48,787 bases of DNA, taken from the NCBI GenBank assembly GCA_026416735.1, contig JAOAEO010000001.1, forward strand, positions 7,254 to 56,040, written 5' to 3'. Every line of letters starts with the position of its first letter. Position 1 is the first letter of the stretch. This document shows positions 37,708 through 47,524 of the stretch, piece by piece. The notes beneath the pieces were generated by a model that did not search any database, was not told the origin of the DNA, and saw nothing but the letters and a program-made list of their open reading frames with translations. Source of the stretch: Thermodesulfovibrionales bacterium (GTDB lineage: Bacteria; Nitrospirota; Thermodesulfovibrionia; Thermodesulfovibrionales; Dissulfurispiraceae). The position numbers were made by a program, and so were the translations under genes.

Positions 37708-38505
37708 ATGATCAAAGAAGTCTCCCAGATGAAGAGGGTCATATTTGCTATCTTTATAAGGGAACTAAAAACCCGCTTCGGCAAATACCGTTTAGGATAT
37801 CTTTGGGCATTGATAGAGCCCTTTTTACATATCGCAATCTTTGTCGGTATTAGGGGAATTATAGCTGGATCTTTGAAGGATGCAGCCGATAAGCTAATAT
37901 ATCATGTAGATTATCCTCTTTTTTTAGCTGCGGGGCTTGTCCCTTTTTTTATGTTTAGACATATTGTAAATCAAGTAATGAACTCAGTAGATGCAAACAG
38001 GGGGCTTTTTGCCTATCAGCCTGTTAAACCGATAGACGCTATGATCTCAAGATGGGTTTTAGAAGGAGTGATTTTCGTTATCGTTTGGATTTTGGTTTTT
38101 GTAATTCTCGATTTTTTGGGATTTAAAACAGAGATTAAAGATCCCCTCGGATTGCTACTAATCTATTTACTTCTATATACTTTCTCATTTGGTGTTGGGA
38201 TGATCTTCTGTATGATTGTGAATATCTACGAGGAATTAAGAAATATAGTTCCTCCACTCATGATGTTTCTTTTTTTCACTTCAGCTCTTTTTTATTCCAT
38301 AAATATGATTCCTAAAAAATTCCAAATATACCTTCTATGGAATCCCTGTTTACATTTTATTGAATTAAGCAGAGCAAGTTTTTTCCCCCTCTATAAAGCA
38401 GATGTGTGTAGTTTAGAATTTATTATAATTTGCACAATAGTTGCTTTATTTTTAGGGTTGGTATTATATAGGCTAAAGATTAAAGAGGTTCTTGCATTAG
38501 AATGA
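37708..38505 (+). CDS. kpsM: capsule/polysaccharide ABC exporter permease (KpsM-like, ABC-2 type)
   Basis: IFIRELKTRFGKYRLGYLWALIEP closely parallels the KpsM N-terminus. 6 predicted TM. The start was set at ATG 37708 to give the usual N-terminal length. Confidence 0.8.
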   Translation: MIKEVSQMKRVIFAIFIRELKTRFGKYRLGYLWALIEPFLHIAIFVGIRGIIAGSLKDAADKLIYHVDYPLFLAAGLVPFFMFRHIVNQVMNSVDANRGLFAYQPVKPIDAMISRWVLEGVIFVIVWILVFVILDFLGFKTEIKDPLGLLLIYLLLYTFSFGVGMIFCMIVNIYEELRNIVPPLMMFLFFTSALFYSINMIPKKFQIYLLWNPCLHFIELSRASFFPLYKADVCSLEFIIICTIVALFLGLVLYRLKIKEVLALE

Positions 38506-39197
38506 TAGAGTTAAGAAACGTTACTAAGTCATATAAAACTAAGTATGGTAGGCATTATGTATATAGAAATGTCTGCGCCATATTCCCAGAAGGTAAAAAT
38601 ATAGGTATCATCGGTCCTAACGGTGCTGGTAAGACCACCCTCTTGAGACTTATTGGAAAGATAGACTACCCCGATAGCGGTGAAATATTAACTAATAAAA
38701 CGATTTCATGGCCCGTCGCCTTTTCAGGAGGCTTTCAGGGAAGCCTCACAGGTTTTGAAATAGTAAAATTTGTGTGCATGATATATGGGTCCAATGGTGA
38801 GATGCCAGACAAAATAAAGTTTGTTAAAGACTTTACAGAGCTCGGTAAATATTTTGATATGCCAATTAAAACCTATTCAGCAGGAATGAAAGCCAGACTT
38901 GCCTTTGCTTTAAGCATGGCCTTCGATTTTGACTATTATTTAATAGATGAAGTTACGGCCGTTGGAGATATAAGCTTTAGGAAAAAATGTAATCAGATAT
39001 TAAGAAAAAAACTCAAAAAATCAAATGTAATTATGACCTCACATGATATAGAGAAGTTAAGGAAATTTTGCCATATATTTGTTATTCCTTATCAGGGCGA
39101 TCTTGTCGTCTTTGATAAATTTAGGGAGGCTGCTAAATTTTATGCAAATATTTCTAAAAATTCAGCAATTCCAGAGTTGGTTTCAAAAGCTCGATAA
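38502..39197 (+). CDS. kpsT: capsule/polysaccharide ABC exporter ATPase (KpsT-like)
   Basis: Walker A GPNGAGKTT, signature YSAGMKARL and Walker B YYLIDEV. ATGA overlap with kpsM. Confidence 0.85.
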   Translation: MIELRNVTKSYKTKYGRHYVYRNVCAIFPEGKNIGIIGPNGAGKTTLLRLIGKIDYPDSGEILTNKTISWPVAFSGGFQGSLTGFEIVKFVCMIYGSNGEMPDKIKFVKDFTELGKYFDMPIKTYSAGMKARLAFALSMAFDFDYYLIDEVTAVGDISFRKKCNQILRKKLKKSNVIMTSHDIEKLRKFCHIFVIPYQGDLVVFDKFREAAKFYANISKNSAIPELVSKAR

Positions 39198-40287
39198 AAA
39201 AGAATTTTTAAAAAAGCATAGTCTTTTAATTTTGTTAGTAATATTACCAGTTCTTCTTCTTACCTTTTATTATTTATTTATAGCTTCTGATAAGTTTTTA
39301 AGTGAATCCAAAGTTACAATCAAGCAAACAGGTCAACAGCCCGCTGCACTAAATTTTGGAATCTTTTCTCTCGGCAGTCCCATAGTGAGAGAGGATGCAA
39401 TGTATCTCCAAGAATATATACTTTCTTACGACATGCTTAATCATCTTGACAAAAAGCTTAATCTTAAAAAGATTTATCAAGATAAAAGAATAGATTTCTT
39501 CCAAAGACTTTCCCAAAATGCAACCCAAGAGAATTTTTTAAAGTACTATCAAAGACACATAATTAATGTTATTTTCGATGATGTGTCTTCAATTCTCACA
39601 ATCAAAGTATATGCCTTTAACCCGGAAGATGCAAAAAAGATCAACGAAGCAATACTTGAACAGTGTGAAAGATATATAAATGGTGTTTCCCATAAAATAG
39701 CGAAAGAACAAATGAACTTCATTGAACAGGAGCTCTCCTATGCAAATCAGAAGATGCAGACGGCAAAAAATACTTTAATTAAATTTCAAAACACCCATAA
39801 AGTAATTGATCCATCTCAAGAAGCACAAGCAACTGCCTCTCTCATTTCCCAACTCGAAGTTCAACTTGCTACACAGGAAGCCCAACTTAAAAATTTACTC
39901 ACCTATTTAAGCGAGGATTCCTTTCAAGTGCAAGCACTGAAAAACCAAATTAAAGCATTAAAGGAGCAAATAGAAGGAGTAAAATCAAAAATTATTGGTG
40001 GAGATGAGACTAAACTTAACAGAGTTGCAGCTGAATATCTCAATTTTAAACTCGATGTTGATTTTTCAACGGATATTTATAAAGCAACACTTACTGCCCT
40101 TGAATTAACAAGGGTTGAAGCATCAAGAAAAATTAAAAATCTGGTAATTATAGCCTCTCCAAACCTTCCTGATGAAGCCCTTTATCCTAAAAAAACCTAT
40201 AATTTAGCTCTTACTTCTCTACTACTTCTGATTTTATACGGAATACTAAAAATTATAATAGGGGTTATTAAGGAGCATAGATTATGA
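39142..40287 (+). CDS. kpsE: polysaccharide co-polymerase / periplasmic adaptor (KpsE-like, PCP-3)
   Basis: N-terminal TM followed by ASDKFLSESKVTIKQ (cf. KpsE ...YMSESKVAIK), a long coiled coil and a C-terminal TM. The ATG at 39142 is preceded by AGGGAGG. Overlaps the kpsT 3' end by 56 nt. Confidence 0.7.
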   Translation: MQIFLKIQQFQSWFQKLDKKEFLKKHSLLILLVILPVLLLTFYYLFIASDKFLSESKVTIKQTGQQPAALNFGIFSLGSPIVREDAMYLQEYILSYDMLNHLDKKLNLKKIYQDKRIDFFQRLSQNATQENFLKYYQRHIINVIFDDVSSILTIKVYAFNPEDAKKINEAILEQCERYINGVSHKIAKEQMNFIEQELSYANQKMQTAKNTLIKFQNTHKVIDPSQEAQATASLISQLEVQLATQEAQLKNLLTYLSEDSFQVQALKNQIKALKEQIEGVKSKIIGGDETKLNRVAAEYLNFKLDVDFSTDIYKATLTALELTRVEASRKIKNLVIIASPNLPDEALYPKKTYNLALTSLLLLILYGILKIIIGVIKEHRL

Positions 40288-41975
40288 AAGTTTTAATGAT
40301 GCTTTTATCCATCCTCCTATCTACTTCAACAGTCTTTGCACAAATAGAAACTCAGAGTTTTCCAGGACAAGTAATTCAGCAGTTCTTACCCTTTCAACAA
40401 ATCCAACCACCAACTACCCAGTCACAGGCTCAACCACTAACTACACCGCAGCCTGCCCAAATTCAACCGCCCCAGCTGCCTCAGCCTATACAGATAAATG
40501 TATTTGGTGAGCAACTCTTCTTAGGTAGATTTGCCACTGAGCATTATACAGGCTTTAATCCTGACTATCAATTGGCAATAGGAGACAGAATTACAATAAG
40601 AATGTGGGGAGCTGTTCAATATGAAGGTATCCTCACGATAGATCCACAGGGTAATATATTTATTCCCCATGTCGGACCCGTTTATGTTTTAGGGGTAAGA
40701 AATGTTGAACTAAACAATGTAGTAGAGTCAGCCATAAGAAGAGTCTTTAAAAATGTAGTCGGAGTCTATGCATCCTTAGAGACAGCAGTGCCTGTAAAAG
40801 TATTTGTAACAGGCTTTGTTAAAAACCCAGGGCTTTATAGTGGGCTTTCCTCAAACTCTGTATTATACTATCTCGACAGAGCAGGAGGAGTTGATCCCCA
40901 TAGAGGGAGCTTCATAGATATTACCATCATGAGGGGGCAACAAATCCGAAAAAAAATAAATCTCTACGAATTCCTTTTAAAGGGCAGGCTTGAACTCATC
41001 CAAATGGTTGATGGAGATACTATCTTTGTTGCACCTAAGAAAAGCACTTTTACTGTCGTAGGCGAAGCCTTTAACCCCTATCAATTTGAGTTTGAGGGGG
41101 ACTCTATTTTTGCAAAAGATGCAATTTCACTTGCCAAACCAAAGCCAGGAGCAACACATCTGACTGTAACTCGGAAGCAGGGACTTGAAAGGTATACAGA
41201 ATATTACTCCCTTGAAGAACTTGAAAGGTTGAAAATTTTCGATGGAGATGAAATAACTATTCTCTCTGACAGATACCCTGGAACTATACTTGTCCGTGTT
41301 GAAGGTGCTCACATGGGATCCCATGCACTTGTGCTTCCTTACGGAGCCACAATGGAGGACGCTTTACCTAAAATTGTCCCAAATATTAGATCCAATCTTG
41401 AAGCAATCCAGCTTTTTAGAAAATCGGTTGCCCAAAGGCAGAAAGAGATGATTCTCACATCCTTACAACAATTACAAACCTATGCTCTTACGGTTAGATC
41501 AGAAACTCAAGAGGAGGTTAATTTAAGAACGAAAGAAGCAGAATTACTTATGAAATTTATTGACTTTGCAAAAAATATCGAGCCAAAAGGCCAAATAATT
41601 CTCGGATCCCTTGAGGAAGCAAAGCATACCCTTCTTGAAAATGGAGACATTATAAGAATACCAGAAAAAACTTCGGTTGTTATGGTCCACGGAGAAGTAA
41701 GATTCCCTAATGCTATACTCTATGCAGCTGGTAAAGACATAAAATATTATATTGAACAATCAGGTGGATTTACTCAGAGGGCAAATAAGGATGTAATAAT
41801 AGTTATACATCAAAATGGCAAGTTTGAACTAGCCGAGAAAGCAAAAATTCAGCCTGGTGACGAGATTTTTGTATTGCCAAAAATTGAGGCAAAGAATATC
41901 GAAATAGTCAGAGGAATAACACAGATTCTCTATCAGATAGCAGTTACTGCGAGGGTTTTATTCATGGCATGGTAA
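40284..41975 (+). CDS. kpsD: outer-membrane polysaccharide export protein (KpsD/Wza family, Poly_export + SLBB domains)
   Basis: Signal peptide (..STVFA|QIE), a Gln/Pro-rich linker, then the Poly_export-like segment YQLAIGDRITIRMWG...IDPQGNIFIP.VG.V and repeated SLBB-like units (V.V.G.V..PG.Y). ATGA overlap with kpsE. Confidence 0.75.
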   Translation: MKVLMMLLSILLSTSTVFAQIETQSFPGQVIQQFLPFQQIQPPTTQSQAQPLTTPQPAQIQPPQLPQPIQINVFGEQLFLGRFATEHYTGFNPDYQLAIGDRITIRMWGAVQYEGILTIDPQGNIFIPHVGPVYVLGVRNVELNNVVESAIRRVFKNVVGVYASLETAVPVKVFVTGFVKNPGLYSGLSSNSVLYYLDRAGGVDPHRGSFIDITIMRGQQIRKKINLYEFLLKGRLELIQMVDGDTIFVAPKKSTFTVVGEAFNPYQFEFEGDSIFAKDAISLAKPKPGATHLTVTRKQGLERYTEYYSLEELERLKIFDGDEITILSDRYPGTILVRVEGAHMGSHALVLPYGATMEDALPKIVPNIRSNLEAIQLFRKSVAQRQKEMILTSLQQLQTYALTVRSETQEEVNLRTKEAELLMKFIDFAKNIEPKGQIILGSLEEAKHTLLENGDIIRIPEKTSVVMVHGEVRFPNAILYAAGKDIKYYIEQSGGFTQRANKDVIIVIHQNGKFELAEKAKIQPGDEIFVLPKIEAKNIEIVRGITQILYQIAVTARVLFMAW

Positions 41976-44398
41976 AAAAGATGAACACCCTTTTAATATT
42001 TTTAAAAATTTGCCTTTTCAAGTTCTTTCGGTTAAAAACTGTAGTTTTTTATGAAGAAGAAATAAAGAAGTTATTTACCTTTTCAGAAGAAGGTCGAGAG
42101 ATGATCTTTGATTTAAAAAAGTTTTTAATAAAGAGCTTGTCTAAAGGGGATTACCTAATTAAAATTTCACCCTCCTATCAAATTAAATCTCTTGAGATGT
42201 TAGTAGAGTATGGCACTAAAATTCCTCTAGAGAGCTATAAAGTAAATTTAAACAAATTTGGCCGTTTTGATATCGATGTAAACCTCAAAAATACTCCTTC
42301 TAAAGTAATAATGAGGACCAATGGAGTTACGGAAAAAGATTCTTTTTTCAAAAAGATAGTAATAAAAAGAACCAATATTGATTTAGAAGGATCCTTAGAC
42401 GGAGTGATAGACGATCGCATAGCCCATGGCTGGTGCCGAGATGCTGCAAATCCTGAAAGGAGATTACTAATTCAGATTGTAAACGAAAGGGGAGATAAAC
42501 TCGGTGAGGGTATTGCAAACCTATATAGAGAAGATTTGGAAAAGGCAGGAATTGGTGATGGAAGATATGCCTTTAAAATAGACCTTAAAGTTGAAAATAT
42601 TTCAGAGGGGAGTGAGCTCATTCTACAAGAAAAAACTTCCCGTAAAGTTATTGATTCACTAAGATATACAACTAATTACCAACTATGGATCGAAAAATAC
42701 GAGAAACCATTCATTGAAAAGATAATAAAAAAAGCAAAGGACGGACAGAGTCTTATCTATAAACCTAAGATAAGCCTACTAATGACCATCGGAGACATAT
42801 CTCCAAGCTTTTTAAAAAAAACAATTAATTCAGTAACAAACCAGATTTATCCAAACTGGGAACTTTGCATTGCCTATAATACTTCCTTAGAAAGAGCCAT
42901 AGGAATTTTGTTAGACGAATTTAAGAGTGAATTTCCAGAGAAGATAAAGGTAACATTCAGAGAAAAAAAAGATGAAAGTATTTGCGAAGCCAATAATGCT
43001 GCTTTAGCTTTAGCCACTGGAGAATACATAGCTCTACTTAATAATTTAGATGAATTAACACCCCATGCACTCTATTTGGTTGTAGAAACCCTTAATGATA
43101 ATCCAAATTTGAAGATTATATATAGCGATGAAGACAAAATTGATGAACTAAGCTTCCGTTCAAACCCACATTTTAAACCTGATTGGAGTCCTGATCTTTT
43201 GCTTTCCTTTAATTATGTATCCAATCTACTCGTAATAAAAAAAGAAATTTTTGATAAAATCGGAGGCTTCAGAATAGGAACTGAAGGGTCTCAAAACTAC
43301 GATATAGTACTAAGAGCTTCTCTCCATTGTAAAGATAGCGAAATTTTTCACATTCCCCATGTTTTATACCATTCAAAGGTTATTGAAAACTCTCCACCCT
43401 TAATTTATAAAGATTGCAAAGAAGAATCAGCAATTAAAGTGATTGAAGACTATTTATTTGAAAAGGGTGTGAGAGATTTTACCGTAACAAAAGGGAAATA
43501 TATAAATACCTATAAAGTGAGTTATCTCAATTCTACAAAGTTACCGTTAGTGAGTGTCATCGTTCCTACAAAGGATAAAAGTGATTTATTAGAAAAATGC
43601 ATTAAAAGTATCATAAGGAAAACCAACTACCCCTCTTATGAGATTATCATAGTTAATCACGATTCCGAGCTCGAAAGAACCTATAAACTATTTAATGAAA
43701 TTTGCTCTATTTCTGATAAAATTAGAGTTCTAAAATTTAGTGGAGAATTCAATTTTTCTTTAATTAACAATTTTGCAGTTCACCATGCAAAGGGAGATTT
43801 ATTCCTCTTTCTAAATAATGATACAGAAGTTATTAATCGAGAATGGATGTCAGAAATGGCAAACCATGCTGTTAGAGAAGAAATAGGATGTGTTGGGGCT
43901 AAGCTTTACTATCCCGATGGGACAATACAACATGGAGGGGTCATATTAGGGGTAGGTGGGGTTGCTGGTCACAGTCATAGATATAAAGATGGAAAGGACG
44001 GAGGATACTTTGGTAGGCTGTCTGTTGTTCAGAATCTCTCAGCAGTGACAGCTGCCTGTATGATGGTAAAAAAGAAGATATTTTATGAAGTTGGAGGTTT
44101 TGACGCTAAAAACTTAAAGATTGCTTATAATGACATAGATTTTTGTTTAAAAGTCAGAGAGAGGGGATACAGAAATTTATGGACACCCTATGCCGAACTC
44201 TATCATTATGAGAGTAAATCGAGAGGAAGTGACAATGCTCCAGAAAACATAGAAAGATATAAGAAAGAGATTGAATTTATGAAAAAAAAATGGGGGGAGC
44301 TCCTTTTAAAAGATCCCTACTATAATCCAAATTTAACACTCGAAAAGGAAGACTTTAGTGTAAAAATTGTTATGGATAATTTAGAGCAGCAAAATTAA
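41969..44398 (+). CDS. multidomain glycosyltransferase: unknown N-domain, one repeat module, two GT2 (GT-A) domains
   Basis: GT2 no. 1: ISLLMTIGD...SVTNQIYPNWELCIAYN...LLNNLDEL. GT2 no. 2: VSVIVPTKD...IIIVNHDS...LFLNNDTEV...HGGV. 809 aa. Alternative start at 41981. Confidence 0.75.
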   Translation: MVKKMNTLLIFLKICLFKFFRLKTVVFYEEEIKKLFTFSEEGREMIFDLKKFLIKSLSKGDYLIKISPSYQIKSLEMLVEYGTKIPLESYKVNLNKFGRFDIDVNLKNTPSKVIMRTNGVTEKDSFFKKIVIKRTNIDLEGSLDGVIDDRIAHGWCRDAANPERRLLIQIVNERGDKLGEGIANLYREDLEKAGIGDGRYAFKIDLKVENISEGSELILQEKTSRKVIDSLRYTTNYQLWIEKYEKPFIEKIIKKAKDGQSLIYKPKISLLMTIGDISPSFLKKTINSVTNQIYPNWELCIAYNTSLERAIGILLDEFKSEFPEKIKVTFREKKDESICEANNAALALATGEYIALLNNLDELTPHALYLVVETLNDNPNLKIIYSDEDKIDELSFRSNPHFKPDWSPDLLLSFNYVSNLLVIKKEIFDKIGGFRIGTEGSQNYDIVLRASLHCKDSEIFHIPHVLYHSKVIENSPPLIYKDCKEESAIKVIEDYLFEKGVRDFTVTKGKYINTYKVSYLNSTKLPLVSVIVPTKDKSDLLEKCIKSIIRKTNYPSYEIIIVNHDSELERTYKLFNEICSISDKIRVLKFSGEFNFSLINNFAVHHAKGDLFLFLNNDTEVINREWMSEMANHAVREEIGCVGAKLYYPDGTIQHGGVILGVGGVAGHSHRYKDGKDGGYFGRLSVVQNLSAVTAACMMVKKKIFYEVGGFDAKNLKIAYNDIDFCLKVRERGYRNLWTPYAELYHYESKSRGSDNAPENIERYKKEIEFMKKKWGELLLKDPYYNPNLTLEKEDFSVKIVMDNLEQQN

Positions 44399-44464
44399 CA
44401 ATTAGGTGTCATATAGACAAAAGTATAGTAGCAAGGGGCTTATTAAAAATTTATCCAATCTGTT

Positions 44465-47400
44465 ATGTTAAAAACGGACAACCATATAAATTCCTTAGGA
44501 AATGATAAGTTCACCACCCATTTAGATGGTATTATAGACGGCATTATCTTTGGATGGTTTAACTATCCCATAAAAACGAAAACTCCTGAAATAAGAATAC
44601 TAATAAATGGGACAGAGGTTGACAAATTCATAGATTTTCTACCTGCTCAAGAAATTCATCCTAATGCCCATAGATTTTTCATTGACCTAAAAAAGTACAA
44701 TATTAAAGAAAAGGATGAAGTCTGTTTACTTTTGGAGGATCAAAGTATTGACAAAACACCTCTTATTCTTGAGAGAAACAGATATTTTGCTTTAATAGAT
44801 GGTTTTTCTGCTAATGAATGTACAGGTTGGGCAGGTTCTATATTTGGAGAGTTTCCTAAATTGCAGGTTGTAATAGATGAAAACTTCTCTCAAGCCGAAA
44901 TTGAATGGTATATAAGAGAAGATTTTAGAAAGAGAGGGTTTACCTTCCCCACAGGGCTAAAATTCAAAATTCCAGAGAAGTATTGTGATTCAAAGAAGCA
45001 TAAAATATGTTTAGCAAATGCTTTAACAAATCAGAAGATCTGTGAAGAAAGAGAGTTTAGTTTTTTTATTAAGAACTTCATTGTAGATATAGCTGATAAT
45101 GAAAGAATTGAAGGATGGATTCAGGTGGGTGAATATCCTGGTCCCGTCGAATTGGATATCTATATTGAAGGGAAAAAGTCTGGCTCCTGTAAAGCTGATT
45201 TCATCAGAGAGGATGCTGAAAAATTACATGGAAGGGGTTGTTATGGTTTTTACTATCCATTACCTGAAGAAGACAGGCTGAAAATCACCAAAGAGGTTGT
45301 TTATAACTTCTCTTTCTGTTTAAGGGACACAAATATTAAGATTGGAGATAGTTATTATAGTATTCCAGTCGTAGAGGTTATTGAAGGTTTAGAAAAAATA
45401 GGTCAATATTTAAGAGAAAAAAACGGTAAAAATTTTTCTTTTGCCTTAAAAAATGCAATAGAGACTTTAAAAATAGGAGCAACGAGGGACAGAAGAGTAA
45501 TTATCAAAAAAGTAGATACATCAGACATAGTAGAAACGGTAGATATAGTAGATATAATAATTCCTGTTTACAAAGGCAAAAAAGAAACGATTGAATGCAT
45601 CGAAAGCGTCCTAAATGCAAAAACTAACGTTAAATATGAGCTAATAATTATAAATGACTTCTGCCCTGATGATGAACTAAAAGAAGAACTCTTAAAATTT
45701 GCTGGTAGAGACGGGATAATATTATTAGAAAATAAAGAGAATCTTGGATTTGTCAAGACCGTTAACATAGGGATGAAATTGCATCCAAATAGGGATGTTG
45801 TACTACTTAATTCTGATACACTTGTGCCCGATTACTGGTTAGACAGACTAAAAAAGGCAGCCTACCTATCTAAAAATGTAGGGACTGTAACCCCTTTATC
45901 GAATAAAGCGACTATTTTAAGCATTCCTAAATCAAATAATGATAATGACTTACCAGAAGATTTCGATCATAAGAAAATGGATGACCTCTGCCGACTACTG
46001 AATAGAGATAGGGTAGTAGATATACCCACAGCAATAGGGTTTTGCATGTATATAAAGAGGGAATGCCTCAATGAAGTTGGATTCTTTGATGAAGAAAAGT
46101 TTGACAAAGGTTATGGAGAGGAGAATGATTTTTGCTTGAAAGCATCATCATTTGGATGGAGGCATTTGGCATGTTTAGACTTATTTGTGCAACACCATGG
46201 TAATTTATCCTTTGGAGAAGAGAAATCTCAGAGAGTAAAAAGAGCCCTTCAGATATTAAACCAATTGCATCCAGATTACAATCTGAGAATACAGAAATTT
46301 ATTGAGAATGATCCCATCGCACCTTATAGAAATAGAATTGTAAAAGAAATCATAAAACAAAAGCATAAGAGGTTAGCTCTTTTTGTCTCCCACAGCTTTG
46401 GTGGCGGAGTAGAGAAATACTGTAAAGATATATCTAAAGAGTTATTGAAGGAAAATATTGTCACTCTGCTCTTATCATGTAATAATAGTGGAACCTCAGC
46501 AATAGTCTCTCAGGAGGAGACAAATACTAAAAGGGATTTAGAGTTCTGGTGGGCTCAGGGGGAATCATTAAAAAATATTTTTGAATTCTTAAAAGATTTA
46601 AACATAGAATTTATTCACTATAACCATACTTTAGGTTTTAGAGAGTTAGAAATATGGGAACTTCCAGAGTTTTTAAGGGTCCCCTATTATGTGACTTTAC
46701 ATGACTATTTCTATCTTTGCCCAAGGATAAATCTTGTAGATTTGGCTCAAAATTTCTGTGGTTTACCAGATGTAAACTTTTGTGAGATATGCCTAATGAA
46801 TGGAAAATTACAGAGGGAAGTGAAATACCTCTTTGAGGAAAAATTTAATTCTTCAATAGTTAAGTGGAGAGAGTTTTATAAAGAGATTTTAGGGAGGGCA
46901 AAAAAAGTAATAGCACCCTCTCAAATAGTAAGAGAGATCTACGAAAGGATCTTTAAAATCGACAAAATTGTCGTCAAACCCCACCTCGATAAAATTTTAG
47001 CTGAGATTAAAAAACCAGAGAAAGTAGAAAGACTAAGAATTGCCATTATAGGAGCTATCGGTGATCATAAAGGATATTCTCAACTTTTACATCTGGTAGA
47101 TTATACAGAAAAAGAAGCTCTGCCTTTTGATTTTTATATTATAGGATATACCAAGAACGATAAAGATTTTGAGAAATACAAAAACGTTACTATAACTGGT
47201 AAATATAAAGAAAAGGAATTATCGACTCTTATCAGAGTCTATCACCCCCATATTGCTCTTTTTCTTAGCATGTGGCCTGAAACATATAATTACACACTCT
47301 CTGAGGCTTTAAACAACAAGCTTTATCCTATAGCTTACGATATAGGGGCTATTGCTGAGAGAATGAAAGAGCTTAAAATAGGGACTTTAATACCTTTCCC

Positions 47401-47524
47401 CTCTGCCACTAAGAAGATAGCAGAGATACTTTTAGAGCTCCATTTAAAGGGATGGCAAAGGAAAGAATTGATTTTTAACAACGACTATAAATCTATTATG
47501 AGAGATTACTATGAAGCCAATTAA
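44465..47524 (+). CDS. multidomain glycosyltransferase: three tandem repeat modules, GT2 domain, GT4-like domain
   Basis: GT2: VDIIIPVYKG...ELIIINDF...ENLGF...VLLNSDTLV. C-terminal Rossmann GT with an E-x7-E motif (PETYNYTLSEAL). 1019 aa. Confidence 0.75.
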   Translation: MLKTDNHINSLGNDKFTTHLDGIIDGIIFGWFNYPIKTKTPEIRILINGTEVDKFIDFLPAQEIHPNAHRFFIDLKKYNIKEKDEVCLLLEDQSIDKTPLILERNRYFALIDGFSANECTGWAGSIFGEFPKLQVVIDENFSQAEIEWYIREDFRKRGFTFPTGLKFKIPEKYCDSKKHKICLANALTNQKICEEREFSFFIKNFIVDIADNERIEGWIQVGEYPGPVELDIYIEGKKSGSCKADFIREDAEKLHGRGCYGFYYPLPEEDRLKITKEVVYNFSFCLRDTNIKIGDSYYSIPVVEVIEGLEKIGQYLREKNGKNFSFALKNAIETLKIGATRDRRVIIKKVDTSDIVETVDIVDIIIPVYKGKKETIECIESVLNAKTNVKYELIIINDFCPDDELKEELLKFAGRDGIILLENKENLGFVKTVNIGMKLHPNRDVVLLNSDTLVPDYWLDRLKKAAYLSKNVGTVTPLSNKATILSIPKSNNDNDLPEDFDHKKMDDLCRLLNRDRVVDIPTAIGFCMYIKRECLNEVGFFDEEKFDKGYGEENDFCLKASSFGWRHLACLDLFVQHHGNLSFGEEKSQRVKRALQILNQLHPDYNLRIQKFIENDPIAPYRNRIVKEIIKQKHKRLALFVSHSFGGGVEKYCKDISKELLKENIVTLLLSCNNSGTSAIVSQEETNTKRDLEFWWAQGESLKNIFEFLKDLNIEFIHYNHTLGFRELEIWELPEFLRVPYYVTLHDYFYLCPRINLVDLAQNFCGLPDVNFCEICLMNGKLQREVKYLFEEKFNSSIVKWREFYKEILGRAKKVIAPSQIVREIYERIFKIDKIVVKPHLDKILAEIKKPEKVERLRIAIIGAIGDHKGYSQLLHLVDYTEKEALPFDFYIIGYTKNDKDFEKYKNVTITGKYKEKELSTLIRVYHPHIALFLSMWPETYNYTLSEALNNKLYPIAYDIGAIAERMKELKIGTLIPFPSATKKIAEILLELHLKGWQRKELIFNNDYKSIMRDYYEAN

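Noticed and set aside
37491-37784. 97-aa minus-strand ORF overlapping the kpsM start.
   Set aside because: It has no RBS or motif, sits in the promoter and 5' region of the kps operon, and has the composition typical of AT-rich non-coding sequence.
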